Positions 1 through 14,365 of a stretch of 64,000 nt of DNA are shown piece by piece. The stretch's first letter is position 1, and each line of letters opens with the position of its first letter. This stretch comes from the human T2T-CHM13v2.0 reference genome, Homo sapiens. Under the pieces are notes generated by a model. It searched no databases and had not been told where the DNA came from. It saw nothing but the letters and a program-made list of their open reading frames with translations. Made by a program: the position numbers and the translations under genes. The stretch is from the NCBI RefSeq assembly GCF_009914755.1, contig NC_060928.1, one strand, 5' to 3'.

Positions 1-2423
1 AATCATTTCTGTCCTCTTCACCATTTTAGATGGGTGCCCAGGCCCAGAACTGGAGATTAAGTCACAACACATCTGGGTTGAGGGCAAAACCTTTTTTTTT
101 TTTTTTTTAATTCCACGGGTGATTCAGATGCACAATGCCCTTTTGAGAGAAGTACTAACTTGACATTTTCCTAGCAAATTAATATACTGAAATACCAAGT
201 AAATCACTCCATATGAAAGAAAAAATTTACAGTAATGCTACAATTTCTGATAAGCACAATCTCTTCATAAAGCAGCAGGCTTACAAATGTTGCCTATGCT
301 TTCTCTTATGGTATTTCCAGATATGTTTACTAGACCATAAGTTATTGTAATAAAACCTACCCAGGATATTATGGTTTCAACAAGCACACAGAAAAGGTAT
401 TTTGCAAATGAACAAGAATCCATATAAACTAGGCTAGTTTAGTAGTTGCAACCATTTTACCCATAATCCTGTGCTCTCTAATTATGCAAATATGGCCTCT
501 GCAAAACACCAAGGTCCAAAATCCCTTCCCTTATAACACAACAGGGTCCCAGACTGCTTACTTCAATGACTGTTAATATGCCAACCTTTCCCCATAAAAT
601 TCTCTAGTCCCTATTGTAAACATCAAAATATCTGCCATACAACCAAGAAAAAAAAAAGTGACTGATGTAATCCAGTCCTAAGCTATCTCTCGGTGGTGGT
701 TACAGCATAAATTATTACAGGTTGATATTGAGGGTGGGGAATAGAGATGCTGGTTGATGGATTTTAAAATGCATGGTCGCTGTTACTACTAAATACCAGT
801 TTTTCATTTCAAAGATTCCCCCCCCAAAATGACTCACGCTGCATTTTGACATTGCTTTCCAATTTTATCCCTCCCTAAGCACAACCAATTATCACTTCCA
901 GCCTTTATCTAGCCGGCTAAATGGTCCCTTGCATCACTTTATCCTCTCCTTATTTCTGGAACTCTTTTTCTCCTAGAGCCCTTCACTCTGAAATTTTTCC
1001 AAACAACCACCAACTGCCTAAACAATGATTTCATTTTCAAGAAAGTAGTTTAGCAGTGGCTTGGTATCTCAAAGCACAAATGAGTTTTACAGTCTTCAGA
1101 GTTTTCAAAAGTCATTTGGTGTTATTCATCTGTAGTTTATAAGTGTAGATGCAGAAAACTGAAATGAACTGCCTAAAACTTTGGAGTCTTATGTCTAAAT
1201 CAAGAATTCTGCCTGGGGCCTTATTCTTTAGTCCCGTAAGTCAGACTCACAGGCTCCCCCTCTTCAATTCCGTCATCAGCCTGTCACACCCACTGACCCA
1301 GCTCCATCCCCTTGCCTGGGCTGTGGCGGGTAGAGTGGGCTGCATTTCTGACAGAAATGGAGCCAGGCTATTTTACATATGGGGGACAAAGGTTTCCACA
1401 CCTTGTGAAACCCTAGGCCCAGCCAACTGGACCCAAAGTGAACATATGACCCAGAACAGCCGATGCAAACCCAGCTCAGCAGGGCCTTCCAAGAGGTCAA
1501 GAGGGGCTTGAGCCACTCTTGTTTTTTAAAGTTCCCAATAACATTAAAAATAAGAAAATGACAAAACATTTTAACGCCTATATTGAACAAATTAACATTT
1601 CTAACATCCAAACACTTATAACTAATTATGCTCTTCATAAGGCAGTTACAAGATTTATAAAATGTATTAATTCATAGTGCACTACAGGCAGAATGTCTAT
1701 TAATGAGAAACATATTTAAATCTGGATGACGAATGCCATCTTCTTTCAATCCTGCCAGTTTGTCTCTGTGACTAAACGTACAAGTTCATGTGGAGACAAC
1801 ATGAAGTAATAAATCTGAGGCCCTTCATGAATGTCAGGCCCAAGCTAAATGCCATCGCAGCCAACAGCTGCTGCCATCCTCCCTGATATATACACTATGC
1901 CCTATTGGCCAACAACATAGGGCAACATATTTAATTCAAGTGTCTACTTCAACAGAGATGATGCCAACTAGCTAGGATCATCACAGTCACCGTAGCAGAA
2001 ATTTCAAGGAGGAAAGAGTCACCAACCCCCCAGTGCTGCCTTGGATCGGGAACCACGTGACAGCCCATACCTGTGTGGCCCAGCCACAGTTCATATCCTC
2101 AGATATTCTCAAGATTCCCATCTGCCTTGCCACGTGTAACCTGCTATGAAAACCCCTGCTACAGAGTTTTTGTGCCTTGGGACCAAGAGAGCCTAATGCC
2201 ACAACCTTCCTACAACTGGACAGGCTGCCCCTGTTCAAAATTCACACAAGCCTGGAAACCTCAGGGACAATGACAATACAGTACTTTTCCCTCTCTCTTA
2301 GCAAATTGTTCCCACCTTTAAGGTTGTCATCGCCCCTTCTTTCCAATCATTTTGTTCTCAATCACTCAGCTTCTCTTCACTAAAAATGTCCCGTGTTTGA
2401 CTATCATTATTTCTAGATTCTCA

Positions 2424-2690
<267 letters not shown>

Positions 2691-3823
2691 TTTTGTATAC
2701 ACACACACATATTGATTCTTAGACTCGTCGGAATTTCAGACATGTTTAGTTAATGCCTTAGAATAAACCAAAGAAGATAAGTGTGTCACACTTACAATGA
2801 GGGGCAACAGGTGGAATTAAAGGAGAAATGGCCAAATCTGGATGGATGGCAACAAAGTTCTGCGAAATGTCAGGGCACGTGGCAACTACAGCAAGAGAAG
2901 AAGCAGAACAAGTGAAATCAAAAGGAAACAACGAAGATGCTAAGATTCAACTGCCAGTGCACACACCACCCCGGAGAGTGTTTCCAATTTCCCAGGGCTC
3001 TGCAGAAGAATCTTATCCAAGCACTAGGTGGTTCTACAAGGCCCTTCCTTCTGCTTGTCCTTTTCCCTCACTATGGTTTCTCAGTCCCCACGTTAGCTCA
3101 ACCCACTTGGCCCTTGCTTCCCTTGCATTCCCCAGAATCCACATCACTCCTCAGAACCATACCTCTGCTTCCCTCTTGGAGATTAAAACCTCATAGAAAA
3201 GGAATTGTAGGGGCAGAGGTAAGAGGTGACCCCTTATGAAGAAAACTTCTGGGGCCTCAGCCCAGCCTCTGAGAAACAGCCCATGTTTACACAGACCATG
3301 CTGAAAAGGAAACCCACGGCTCCTGGAGTTTGTGCTACCTTGAAATAATGCTTAGAAATATGGGTGACGGCATTTCAGCATCGAACAGGTCAAGGGGAAG
3401 TTAAAGAGAGATCTTTACCTAGTGTCACTCTGACAAGAGCTGTTTAAAAACAAAACAAAACAAAATAAAACAAAACCAGCCCAAGAGGCGCTGGATGGCA
3501 AGATGAACAAAGCACAGCCTCCACTCTCAAGGGGAGCATAGCGCACAGCCTCAGACTCACCCTGAAACATTTTTGGGCCTCAATCTCCTCCTCTTAGTAT
3601 GAAGAGCCTCTAGTGCCACTGTAATAATATGTTTCTATAATTCGACACCATGCTTTTCATACTTTGCCTCTCAAACAACAGTTGCAACCAGTATTGTTCC
3701 AACAACAAATGGGACAAGATCATTTACGAGAGAGGGAATTAATGGGTCCTTCTCTCCATAAAATAACGATACACTCCAATTTCCAAATTCTTGAATACTA
3801 GATATTGAGAAGCTCCACGTAAA

Positions 3824-4053
3824 TTTTTTTTTTTTTGGAAACAGAGTCTTGCTCTGCAGCCTTGACCTACTGGGCTCAAGCCATCCTCCCACCTCGACCT
3901 CCCGAGTAGCTGGGACTACAAGTGTGCACCACCATGCCTGGCTAATTCTTTTTATTTTTTGTAGAGACTGGGTTTCACCATGTTGCCCAGTCTAGTCTTG
4001 AACTCCTGAGCTCAAACAATCACCTGCCTTGGCCTCCCAAAATACTGGGATTA
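3824..4053 (-). mobile_element. AluJ-type SINE with internal deletion
   Basis: Poly-T, then acagagtcttgctctg|cagccttgacc...gggctcaag...ggcctcccaaaatactgggatta. Confidence 0.9.
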
Positions 4054-4244
4054 GAGCTCACAGAAATCTTTAAGAAAGAATTTATGAACAAAAGAAAGGG
4101 TGTAGGTGTCACTTACACAGAAGTAATATTTGTGGGACTCACTATTCAAAAAAAGCAAATACCAAAATACATGTATACCTAAAAATTATTTAATCAGATT
4201 TGGACATCAGAGATCATCTCACATCTATGGTATCATCTAGTCTG

Positions 4245-4345
4245 GCCTCTTCATTTTATACATAAAGAAAGCTAGGCACAGAGAGATTAAGTAATTCGCC
4301 CAAGGACACCCAGCTAGTGAGAGGCAGGACAAACAGCAGAACCTA
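4245..4345 (-). mobile_element. MIR SINE core
   Basis: cattttatacataaagaaagctaggcacagagagattaagtaattcgcccaaggacacccagctagt resembles the MIR core. Confidence 0.75.
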
Positions 4346-5429
4346 GCCAAGAATGATTTAATTATTCCAAAAAGGTATCAGAGGATGTTAGCAAAGTCTG
4401 TGATAAGCTCCTAGTCTTTGGAGGCTAATGTCAAAGGGGACAGCCAAGCCCTCCCACAAAGCACTGCTTACTGCTCTACACAAGCCAGAACTCAGGCTGA
4501 TCAGTGTAGGGGATGCATGTATCCTTGGCTCCCACATTCATGCATTTCCGTCATGCCAAAGGTAGCACATGTCCTGCAAGGCACAGTAGCTGACACCCCT
4601 TCTAAAATAGGCCAACAGCTCCAAAGTGGTTATGGCCTTCTCAGATTGCAGGCCCAGTTTCCCACCTCACTGTTGTTATTGTACCACACACAATCACCTC
4701 ACCAAACCATAGGAAGCCAAAGCTAGCGGTGCCAGCCCACCAGCTGAGTAGCAGCAGCTGCCCCAAAGACATCACCCTAGGACCTCACTTCCTGTTCTGG
4801 CACTTAAGCCTGTATCCATGCCAGTTCAAGGTCTGGCCCATCATTTTCAAAGCTAGAGCTGGACAGGCCCCAGATATCCAAGAAACCATCTGTTCTAGAA
4901 TTCTCCCTCCTCCAACTTCACTTCACAACAGGCCATGGCATCTGCCACTGTCCTTGGTCTTCTGAACAGAAGGTGTGGAGCTCTTGTACACAACCTTGGA
5001 GAGAACCCAGGTCATTCTGACCCTGTCCGGAAAGGGAAGAACCACTGTTTTAAATCAAACATCCTGAAGCAAACAGGTCCATGCATTCTATCTGGCAGCT
5101 TTAACTCCCACAGATGTTAGAAAAATGTAGAAAAGTGCATTCAATTTTCTAAAGTCCTAGAATTCTGGACCATTTCCCCTTTTCAATTTATATTTATTCT
5201 TTAATAAATGCTTTTCAAAAAAAAAAAGTCACCAGTATAAAACAAAGACAAAGTAGGAATAATCACACTATTAATGTACTAATACCTCAGACCTAAGGCA
5301 CTGTGAACTTACTTTCCAATTAAGAGCAAAACCAGAATAAAATCAAGCATTCTTTGAAAGCCATTCAAGTATTACTATATACAAATTCTAAGTAAACCCC
5401 AAGCAATTACATTTGTATAATAGCAGTCG

Positions 5430-5670
5430 TAATAACTAATATTGATTGAGCTTCACTACGTGGCAAACTGCATTAGGCTCTTTATATGTACGATTCACTA
5501 AATTCTTCTAACACCTCTGTTATTACCTCCTCCTTTTTTTAAGCAAAGGAGGCATATGAAGGATAAGTAACTTGCCTAGGGTCATATCAATAAAAGGGGC
5601 AGAGTCAAGGTTCAAACCTAGGTCCACGGGACTCTAAAGCCAGTGTTTTTCATATTATACCACACTGCCT
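5430..5670 (-). mobile_element. MIR SINE
   Basis: aatattgattgagcttcactacgtggc...aagtaacttgcctagggtcat...ggttcaaacctagg...actctaaagcc. Confidence 0.75.
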
Positions 5671-6640
5671 TGGGGTCTTCAGTGTGTAGGAGCAAAAACT
5701 AAAACTGCATTTTAATTTAGTAAGCAGCAATCACCTTCCATTTTAAGAGGTTCTGTGTAACTGACTGCCCTGAAAATTTACAGGCAAAGACAGGGAAATT
5801 GGCACTCATCTAACAAGTCTATAGCATAGCTGTAAAGCAGCTGTGCAGAAGCCGGGGGACAAGTGAATCGTGTGCTAGGCAAGGCTTTACGTGCCTCTGT
5901 CTCAGACTTGAAATTTTTTTTTAAACTGGGGAGCCAAGGAGAAGGGAAAGATAATCTTTTTCTAAATTCTACAGAGAGTATTAAATAAACATGATCAGCC
6001 CCATAAAGCTCTGATAAAGTCAGTCATTAAAAATAAAAAACTGTATCTCCTACTACCTCTCATTCTTCACCCAACAAGTATAAAAATCCACGAGCACACA
6101 CACAAACTCTATCAGTATTAGCCTATTTAAACCTTAAATTTTTAATTCTGCTTATCTCTTTTGGGAAATTCATTCAGGAGACATTTGGCTTTGCTTATAC
6201 TTCTGTTGCTGTTATTTTATTGCAGGCGTCAATATGACTGTCTCTTGGGTGGCAGCTCTCAGACATCTCGTGCAGTATCAATATTCACAAGGCAGCCTCA
6301 GATTTACTGCTAAACTGAGATCATGAGCATGAAACAATAAACCTACAGGCCACTGGGCATATTTGCTGTTGATCATGCTTGGATCAGCTGCACAAGCTTG
6401 TGATGTTTATGATATAAGCAAATGGCTTTCCTTGCTCTACCTTTTCTAATTCTTCCCAGTCAACTTTTATTTCAAAGTCTTACAAACCATCTATGTGCCA
6501 GCTACTGTGCTAGCTGCTGGCAATACTGTAGTGAGCAAAATAAGCTTACTGCCTATTTAAAAAGGCAGAAGTCAATCAAATAATGATGCAAAGGAGTGAG
6601 TAATTAGAAAAGAGCACCGTGAAGGAACACAGATTGACGA

Positions 6641-6982
6641 GTGTCCATCTGTTCAGGCTGCTATAATAAAAACACTATAAACTGTGTAACTTATAAACAA
6701 TAGAAATGTATTTCTCACAGTTCTGGAGGTGGGGAGGTCCAAAATCAAGGCTCCAGCAGATTCAGCGTCTGGCGAGGCTCATCTCTGCTTTTCAGATGGT
6801 GCACTCTCACTGCGTCCTCACGTGTTGGAAGGGGCAAACAAGCTTCCCCAGCCTCAGTTATAAGGGCACTAATCCAATTTCACCCTTAGGATCTAATTAC
6901 CTCCTAAAAGCCTCATATTATTGCATTGAGTACTAGGTTTCAACACATGAATTCTGGGAGACACAAACATTTAGACGTAGCA
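6641..6982 (-). mobile_element. MaLR solo LTR, MLT1A-like
   Basis: gttcaggctgctataataaaa...ttataaacaatagaaatgtatttctcacagttctggagg...aaacatttagacgtagca. Confidence 0.8.
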
Positions 6983-6999
6983 TGGAGAATTTGGGCAGT

Positions 7000-7522
7000 T
7001 TTTAAACATGGCTGCAAATTCTGAAACTCCTCCCACTGAGAGGTGAGGTCTATGTCCCCTCACTCATGAATATGGGCAGCCTTATGACAGCTTAACCAAT
7101 AGAACATGTTGGAAATGACGCTATGTAACAAAGCTAGGTCATAAGAGGCCATGCAGCTTCTTTAGCTCACTCTTGGAACCCTGAGCTACCCTGTGAGAAG
7201 TCTGACCACCCGGAGGCCACCCAGTCGTGAGGAAGTCTAAGCCACATGAAGAAACCACAGTAGGAGCCATGGTCAACAGTCCCCGCTGAGGCTGGTCTTG
7301 GAGTCATCCCAGTCCAGACAGCAGGCATACACACCTGAGGAAGCTCCCTTATGATTCTGGCCTCCAGCTGTTCACATTCTCCCATCATGGAGCAGAGATA
7401 AGCCTTCCTCACTAGGCCGTCTCTATTCCTGACCTGCAGAGTCCACAAGCCTAAGAGTGGTTGCTGTTTAACACCACAGTGTTTAGAAGTGCTTTGTCAC
7501 ACAGCAGTCGACAATAAGAACA
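7000..7522 (+). mobile_element. MaLR solo LTR, MLT1F/G-like
   Basis: atggctgcaaattctgaaactcctcccactgagaggtg...ctaggtcataagaggccatgcagcttc...cacagcagtcgacaataagaaca. Confidence 0.7.
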
Positions 7523-7864
7523 AAGGTGCTGCATATAACAGAGGCTGCCTTGTGCCAGGAAGTCATGCGAGCGCTCTCCATGAAAGTAGCATTAGGGCTG
7601 CGATCTGAAGGGTGAAAAGACCTCCATTAATGGAAAGAGAGGGAGAAGCAGGCTGTAGGCACAGGCACTGCAATCAGAGGGAGTGTGGCTGGCACAGAAA
7701 AAACAGCACAGAGTGAGAGGAGAGTAAAAAGGCTGACAAGGTAGGCAGGGGTCAGACCACATTGGGTGCTTTGCTGGTCTGGTGCTTGACAGCACTTAGA
7801 AGTCCCTGGAGGGGTTGTCTATATACATTTTTTTAATTGAAAATTCACGTAACATAAAAGTCAC

Positions 7865-8622
<758 letters not shown>

Positions 8623-8900
8623 AGATGTCACCATTTTAAAGTGCACAGTTCAGTGGCTTTTAGTAAATTCACAATATAGTGCAGCCAGCACCACTATCTG
8701 ATTGTAGAACATTTTCATATCCCAAAAGGAGACCTCATTCCCACCCCCCCCGCAGCCCCTGGCAACCATTAATCTGCTTTCTGTCTCTATGATTTTTGCC
8801 TATTCTGTACGTTTCATATAAATAGAAACATACAATATGTGGCCTTTTGTGTACGGCTTGTCACTTAGCATAATGTTTTCCACGTTCATCCATGTTGTAG

Positions 8901-9386
<486 letters not shown>

Positions 9387-12102
9387 TAGGGGTAAAACTG
9401 ATGAGTCATATGGTAATTCTTTAACTTTTTTGGGGGTCCACCAAAACACTTTCCACAGTGGTTGCGCCATTTTCATTCCCATCAGCAATGTCTGAGGGTT
9501 CTCTGGAGGGCTTCAAGCAAATGAGATATAGAGTTGTGCTTAGAAAAAAAGTCATAGAAACCAGCATTCATGAGAGAACATGAGTTCAGTTTTGAACCGA
9601 TGGGTCTGACATGACTTTTAAAACATTCAAGAGGACATGTCAGGTAGGACAGTCAGTCTGAGGCTTAAAAATGAGGTCAGTCAGCTCTGGAGTTAAACTT
9701 TGAGACTCAGCAGGTCATGGGCATGGAAGAGATTCCATGAGAGAAAGTGCAAAGTATAGAAAAGAGGGGCTTCTGAACTTTTAGGAGCTCTGAAAATGAG
9801 TGGTGGGACAGAAGAAAACGTGTCTGCAGGAAGGAGTGTGATAAGCAGAATTTAACAAAATTATAATATTGGTGGACTAAGAGGAAGGAGACTGAGCAAA
9901 GACAAAAGAGACTCATCATTTTGTAATAAGAAACAGATTTGTAAATGGTCTAAATTGTGACATTTTAACAAAAAAGGATAAACACCATTTTACTTCTTTC
10001 TACATTTTTCCTTTTTAAAATTCCTTTCCTTTTTTAGGGGAGGGGAGGGTAGTGGTGGTGGAAAGGAAAGGTTTTAATTCCCTTAGTCTTATGTGTAAGA
10101 GGTTAAACTACTTGACCTGTTATCAGAACTGGTGAATAAATGCTTTTCAGACTGGACATCAAACCTATCTAATTTAAAATAGACCTCCCCCAAGGGAACT
10201 GCATGAAAAGAATCTGGTCATGTACTTAACAAGTTTCTATTGTTTCATCAAAGGGTCTGAAAGCTGGAGAAGACAGTTGGATGCCACTTCAAAGTATCAC
10301 TAAGAAATCAACAACGATTAAAGCAGGAGAATCATAATTCCTCCACACACCCTCCCTGCTGACAAGAAGGTATTTAATTAGAGTCCAATCAAAAGATGAG
10401 AATCCTATGAATAAACCTGTAATAATATCCTCTGTCCCACTTCAAAATTATAGCTTAAATTATTTTGTTCCTCAAAAGCCATAGTTCCAGAGATTATAAA
10501 ACTCTCTTTACATATCAATCACGAGTGTAGCTAATCCTTTCAAGTCTACAATGCAAATAATTAAATTTTAACTTTGTAATCATGAGAACAAAGGACTCTT
10601 GGGATTAAATAAACATTGCCTTTAGAAGAGTATAGGAAACAGTTTTAGCTCAGGCCGGTGGCCTTTTTGAGATACAACCCATCCCTTACTCCTTTGGTGG
10701 CTTTCAACATTAATACAAAATTGGGAAATTTAAAATTCACTGTAATTCATTACAGTGAGTTACTTTATTTGAAAACAACACATGCACACATACATATATA
10801 CAATTCCATGTTTCCTCTGTATTCACGTACTTTGAAAAGTTCAATTTTATCCATTTACAGAAGAGGTGTCCTCCCAGAGTAAGTTTGGATATTAGTTATT
10901 TAAGGTAAGCCTATGTCAGGTGGAAATATGATTGATGTTAGGACCCTATAAATACCTTCTTTTGCTTTATATGAAACTATGAAATTGGTTCTAATTATAT
11001 TACCAAATTGAATCATATTGAAAAAAAGTAATAAAATCATTGCATTAGTCACAATCAGCCACATTTGCTGGTATTCAGGCCTGGTATTTGACATATATGT
11101 TATTCCAAAGCCTTACAAAAACCCAAATAGAAGTTATTACCATCCCTGTTTTACAGACAAAAGTTCAGGGGCAGAAGATCCAAATCTTACCTTTAGAAAC
11201 ACAGAATTGAAATACAAACCTTTAAAAAAAAAAACAAACCACAACGCTAGGACTGCCTCTACCACACTATGCCTTCATGGAACTGTTATGAGAGCTTTTA
11301 GAACATTATTGCCAAGTACAGACTAAGTGCAGCATAATGATGAGGAGATAAAGTCAAGAATGAAAGTAATGGTTTCCCAGAGGAAAAAAAAATACGTATT
11401 AACATAAGTAACATTTCATTACTAAGAGCTCCATAAGAAGTTACTTGATTTAATCTAGGTTGGGTTTTTCTGTGTTTTTTGTTTGTTTGTTTTGTAGAGG
11501 AGGTGTAAAATTTTAGATACGGAGTGATACTCTGTTGTAAAAGCAAGAGCAAAAATTTTACAAAACACTGCTTCCCCACAGTACATAAGAAAAAGTCTTC
11601 TCAATGTCCCTGTCCCTAGTTCAGAGAATCAGTATGACGATAGTACTTGGAGAACTATAAGAGCAGTAACTTACATTAATTAGTAGTTAATGGGGTAGAG
11701 CCACAAACATTAACTTATTCATTAATTCTCAACATACTTCCCTGAAGCAAGTCTGAGCTTCTCTTTGATAGAGGGAAAGAAAGTCAATGTTACATAAGTG
11801 ATGGCAGCCTACTTCCAGGAAGTGATCATAAATACACAAGACTAACGCCACACTTAAGACTTTAGATTCCTCCTATACAGAGAGGCATTAATGAACGTAT
11901 TTTTAGACACAACCAATCCCAAAAAAACCATCATTGAAAATTTGTAGGATTCCAAAAGGCAAAATACGATTTGAAAGCACTGAAACATAATAATGATAAT
12001 AACAACAACAATAATAGGAAAGGGAGGAGGAGAAAAAGCTAATAATTGTTGAGTGCTTATAATACACCAGACAATTCTGTAAGAGCCCTATGGGCAGTAG
12101 TT

Positions 12103-12229
12103 ATTTATGCCTAGTGTTCCATTACTGGAACGCTAAGCATGTGGGAGTTTTTTATACCCTTCTGCTCAAGGTGGTTGCCAAGGTCTGATTGCAAAAATTC
12201 AAAAAATTGCAACCTCAGACATAAATGGA
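12103..12229 (+). mobile_element. MER85 piggyBac-derived MITE inserted in a MIR
   Basis: atttatgcctagtgttccattactggaacgctaagcatgtgggag...ctgattgcaaaaattcaaaaaattgcaacctcagacataaatgga followed by TTAA (12230-12233). MIR sequence on both sides (about 12040-12370). Confidence 0.9.
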
Positions 12230-13009
12230 TTAACTCTCAATCCTTACAATGAGCTTGTGAAGCAGGTATTATTTCCCGCTTATAAGGAAATGAAGGTGAT
12301 GTGAGTTGCCCAGTCACACTGATAGTTCCGAGCAGAATTTGGAGCCACTTTGGTTCCAAAGCCCATGAAACTGACCAAGATTTTACCCAGTTAATCAAGG
12401 TAAGACTTATTTTCATGTTCAACTCAAGATTACCCATGCAAGATTGACGTTACTTCACCAAAGAGAAAAAACAAAAGTCTGTTATGTTTTGCCCTTTACA
12501 TATTTCCAGGGCCAGAGGGCCAAACCCCTTCCTTCCTGTGAACCTCTGGTGCAATGAAATGTCAAGCCAGATCTGGTCCACTCTAAAATACGACTCACTT
12601 GCTATTACTATCTTTAAATGGCTTCATCCGACCTACTCCCTGAAACCAATTTCCTCTTGAATACATTTAATTGCTTCTTTATGAATGAACCCTATTAGTA
12701 GCATTTATTCATTCCTTCTGAAAACCACGTTTAAAAGCAAGAAAATAGTATGTCAGAGTAGTATGTTTATTTCATCAAATACACATCTTCTCTTGGAAAA
12801 AAAAAAATCACTTTGCTTATTAGATCTTTCTGTGCCAGGTAAGTTTTAAGAGAAAATTTATACTACCACATATTTTTAAGTTGAGTACTATGTTTATGAG
12901 AAATAAAGCAATGAGTGGAAACACTTCATAACTAAGTATCTCTAAAGGATTTTCCATAAACCAATTATTCACTCATTCCTCACTTGTTACTATATTTATC
13001 AACATCAAC

Positions 13010-13218
13010 ATGTTGTTCAAGGACCATCCACATGAGAATCACCTGGGGCTGGCTGTTGACAACACAGGTGAGATCTAATGAATGCTGGTTTCCCAGTGAA
13101 GAAATCTGCATCACTCACGAACAGCCCAGGTACATGCTGGTTTCCCAGTGAAGAAATCTGCATCACTCACGAACAGCCCAGGTACATCTTATGTATTCTA
13201 AAGGTTGAAGACCACTGA
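13010..13218. mobile_element. MER5-type hAT-Charlie MITE containing a 52-bp tandem duplication
   Basis: gagaatcacctgggg...aatctgcat...cccaggt...aaggttgaagaccactg. Confidence 0.65.
13082..13187. repeat. Perfect 2 x 52-bp tandem duplication
   Basis: atgctggtttcccagtgaagaaatctgcatcactcacgaacagcccaggtac at 13082-13133 and 13134-13185. Confidence 0.97.
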
Positions 13219-13269
13219 GTCCCCTTTATGTGCTAATAGGACAAACAGATACACAAAGGGCTTATCATA

Positions 13270-13945
13270 ACCTCCCATAATTGATCTTAAATTGATCTCT
13301 CTGCTTCTAACCTTGACCCCATCCCTACATACCTGCTTATTCCGTAAACAACAAAAGGATTTTTAAGGCATAAGTCAGATCATGTAACTTCTCTGCTCAA
13401 AATTCCCCCAGAGTTTCTCATCTCCCTCAGTGGCAACAAGCCTAGAATAATCTCCCTGCTCTGCCTTTCTGACTCATTTCCTACCACTCTCCTCTCCCCT
13501 CCTGCTTGGCTCCAGCCACCAGACCGCCTCCTCCTCACCCCTGGCCCACCTGGTGCAGCAGAACCTTCACCCCTACAGGCTCCCTCTGCCGGGACCGCTT
13601 TCCTGCAGCTAGCCCCACAGCCTGTTCCTTCCCTTCCTTGGGGTTCCTGCTCCACAATCACTAGTGTGGGAGGCCTTCCCTGGCCACTTTATCAAGAACC
13701 TGCCCATCCCTTTTCCTGCCTGATTCGATCCTCTTTAGCGTTTATCACTATCTAATGATCTAATGTACTTGCTGTTTTACTTATTTTTTCTTGTTGGTTA
13801 TCTGTTACCCTCCACTAAAATGTAAGCTTCATGAGAGCAGGTTTTTTTTTTTTTTTTTTTTTTGGTCTGCTTTGTTCTTAAATGTATCCCATTTGGCACG
13901 TAATAGACATCAAAAAATATTTACTGGCTAAAAGGATGAATGAAT
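13270..13945 (+). mobile_element. L2 LINE 3' end
   Basis: tcagatcatgtaacttctctgctcaaaa...ccactaaaatgtaagcttcatgagagcagg...atgaatgaat terminus. Confidence 0.8.
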
Positions 13946-14094
13946 ATCATCAATGCTCCAAAAAAGGGTACTTGATTAATGAAGCATTGTAAGAGAGAGC
14001 AACCAGCTTGGGGTAGGGGGCAGAGCGCCTAGCTCTCCTCGTGGCAGGTAACACTAGTGGGGTTTTCAAGGAAGGACAGAAAACATCTCCTAAG

Positions 14095-14365
14095 AAAAGG
14101 AAGGACATTCTACACATCAGCTGGCCTGTAATTAAAAGTGTCAGTGTCATGAAAGATGAAGGAAGAATGAAGAATGCTTCTAGAATGAAGGAGACTGGAA
14201 AGATATGACAGCTGGGTATGAGTGATCCTGAACCGGATCCTTTTGCTATAAAGGACGTTACTGGGATAACTGGAGAAAACTGAAGGGATTTTATCAGTGA
14301 AGGTTTATAGGAGTTCTTATTTTAGTATTTTTGCCATTTTCCTGTAAGTGTGAAGTTGTTTCAAA
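14095..14365 (+). mobile_element. L1MC/ME-type 3' UTR fragment
   Basis: ggacattctaca...aaaagtgtcagtgtcatgaaagat...tgatcctgaaccggatcc...ttttcctgtaagtgtgaagttgtttcaaaa. Confidence 0.7.

Noticed and set aside
13082-13187. Direct repeats as a possible CRISPR-like array
   Set aside because: Only two abutting units with no spacers, in eukaryotic context; no repeat-spacer array seen anywhere in the window.
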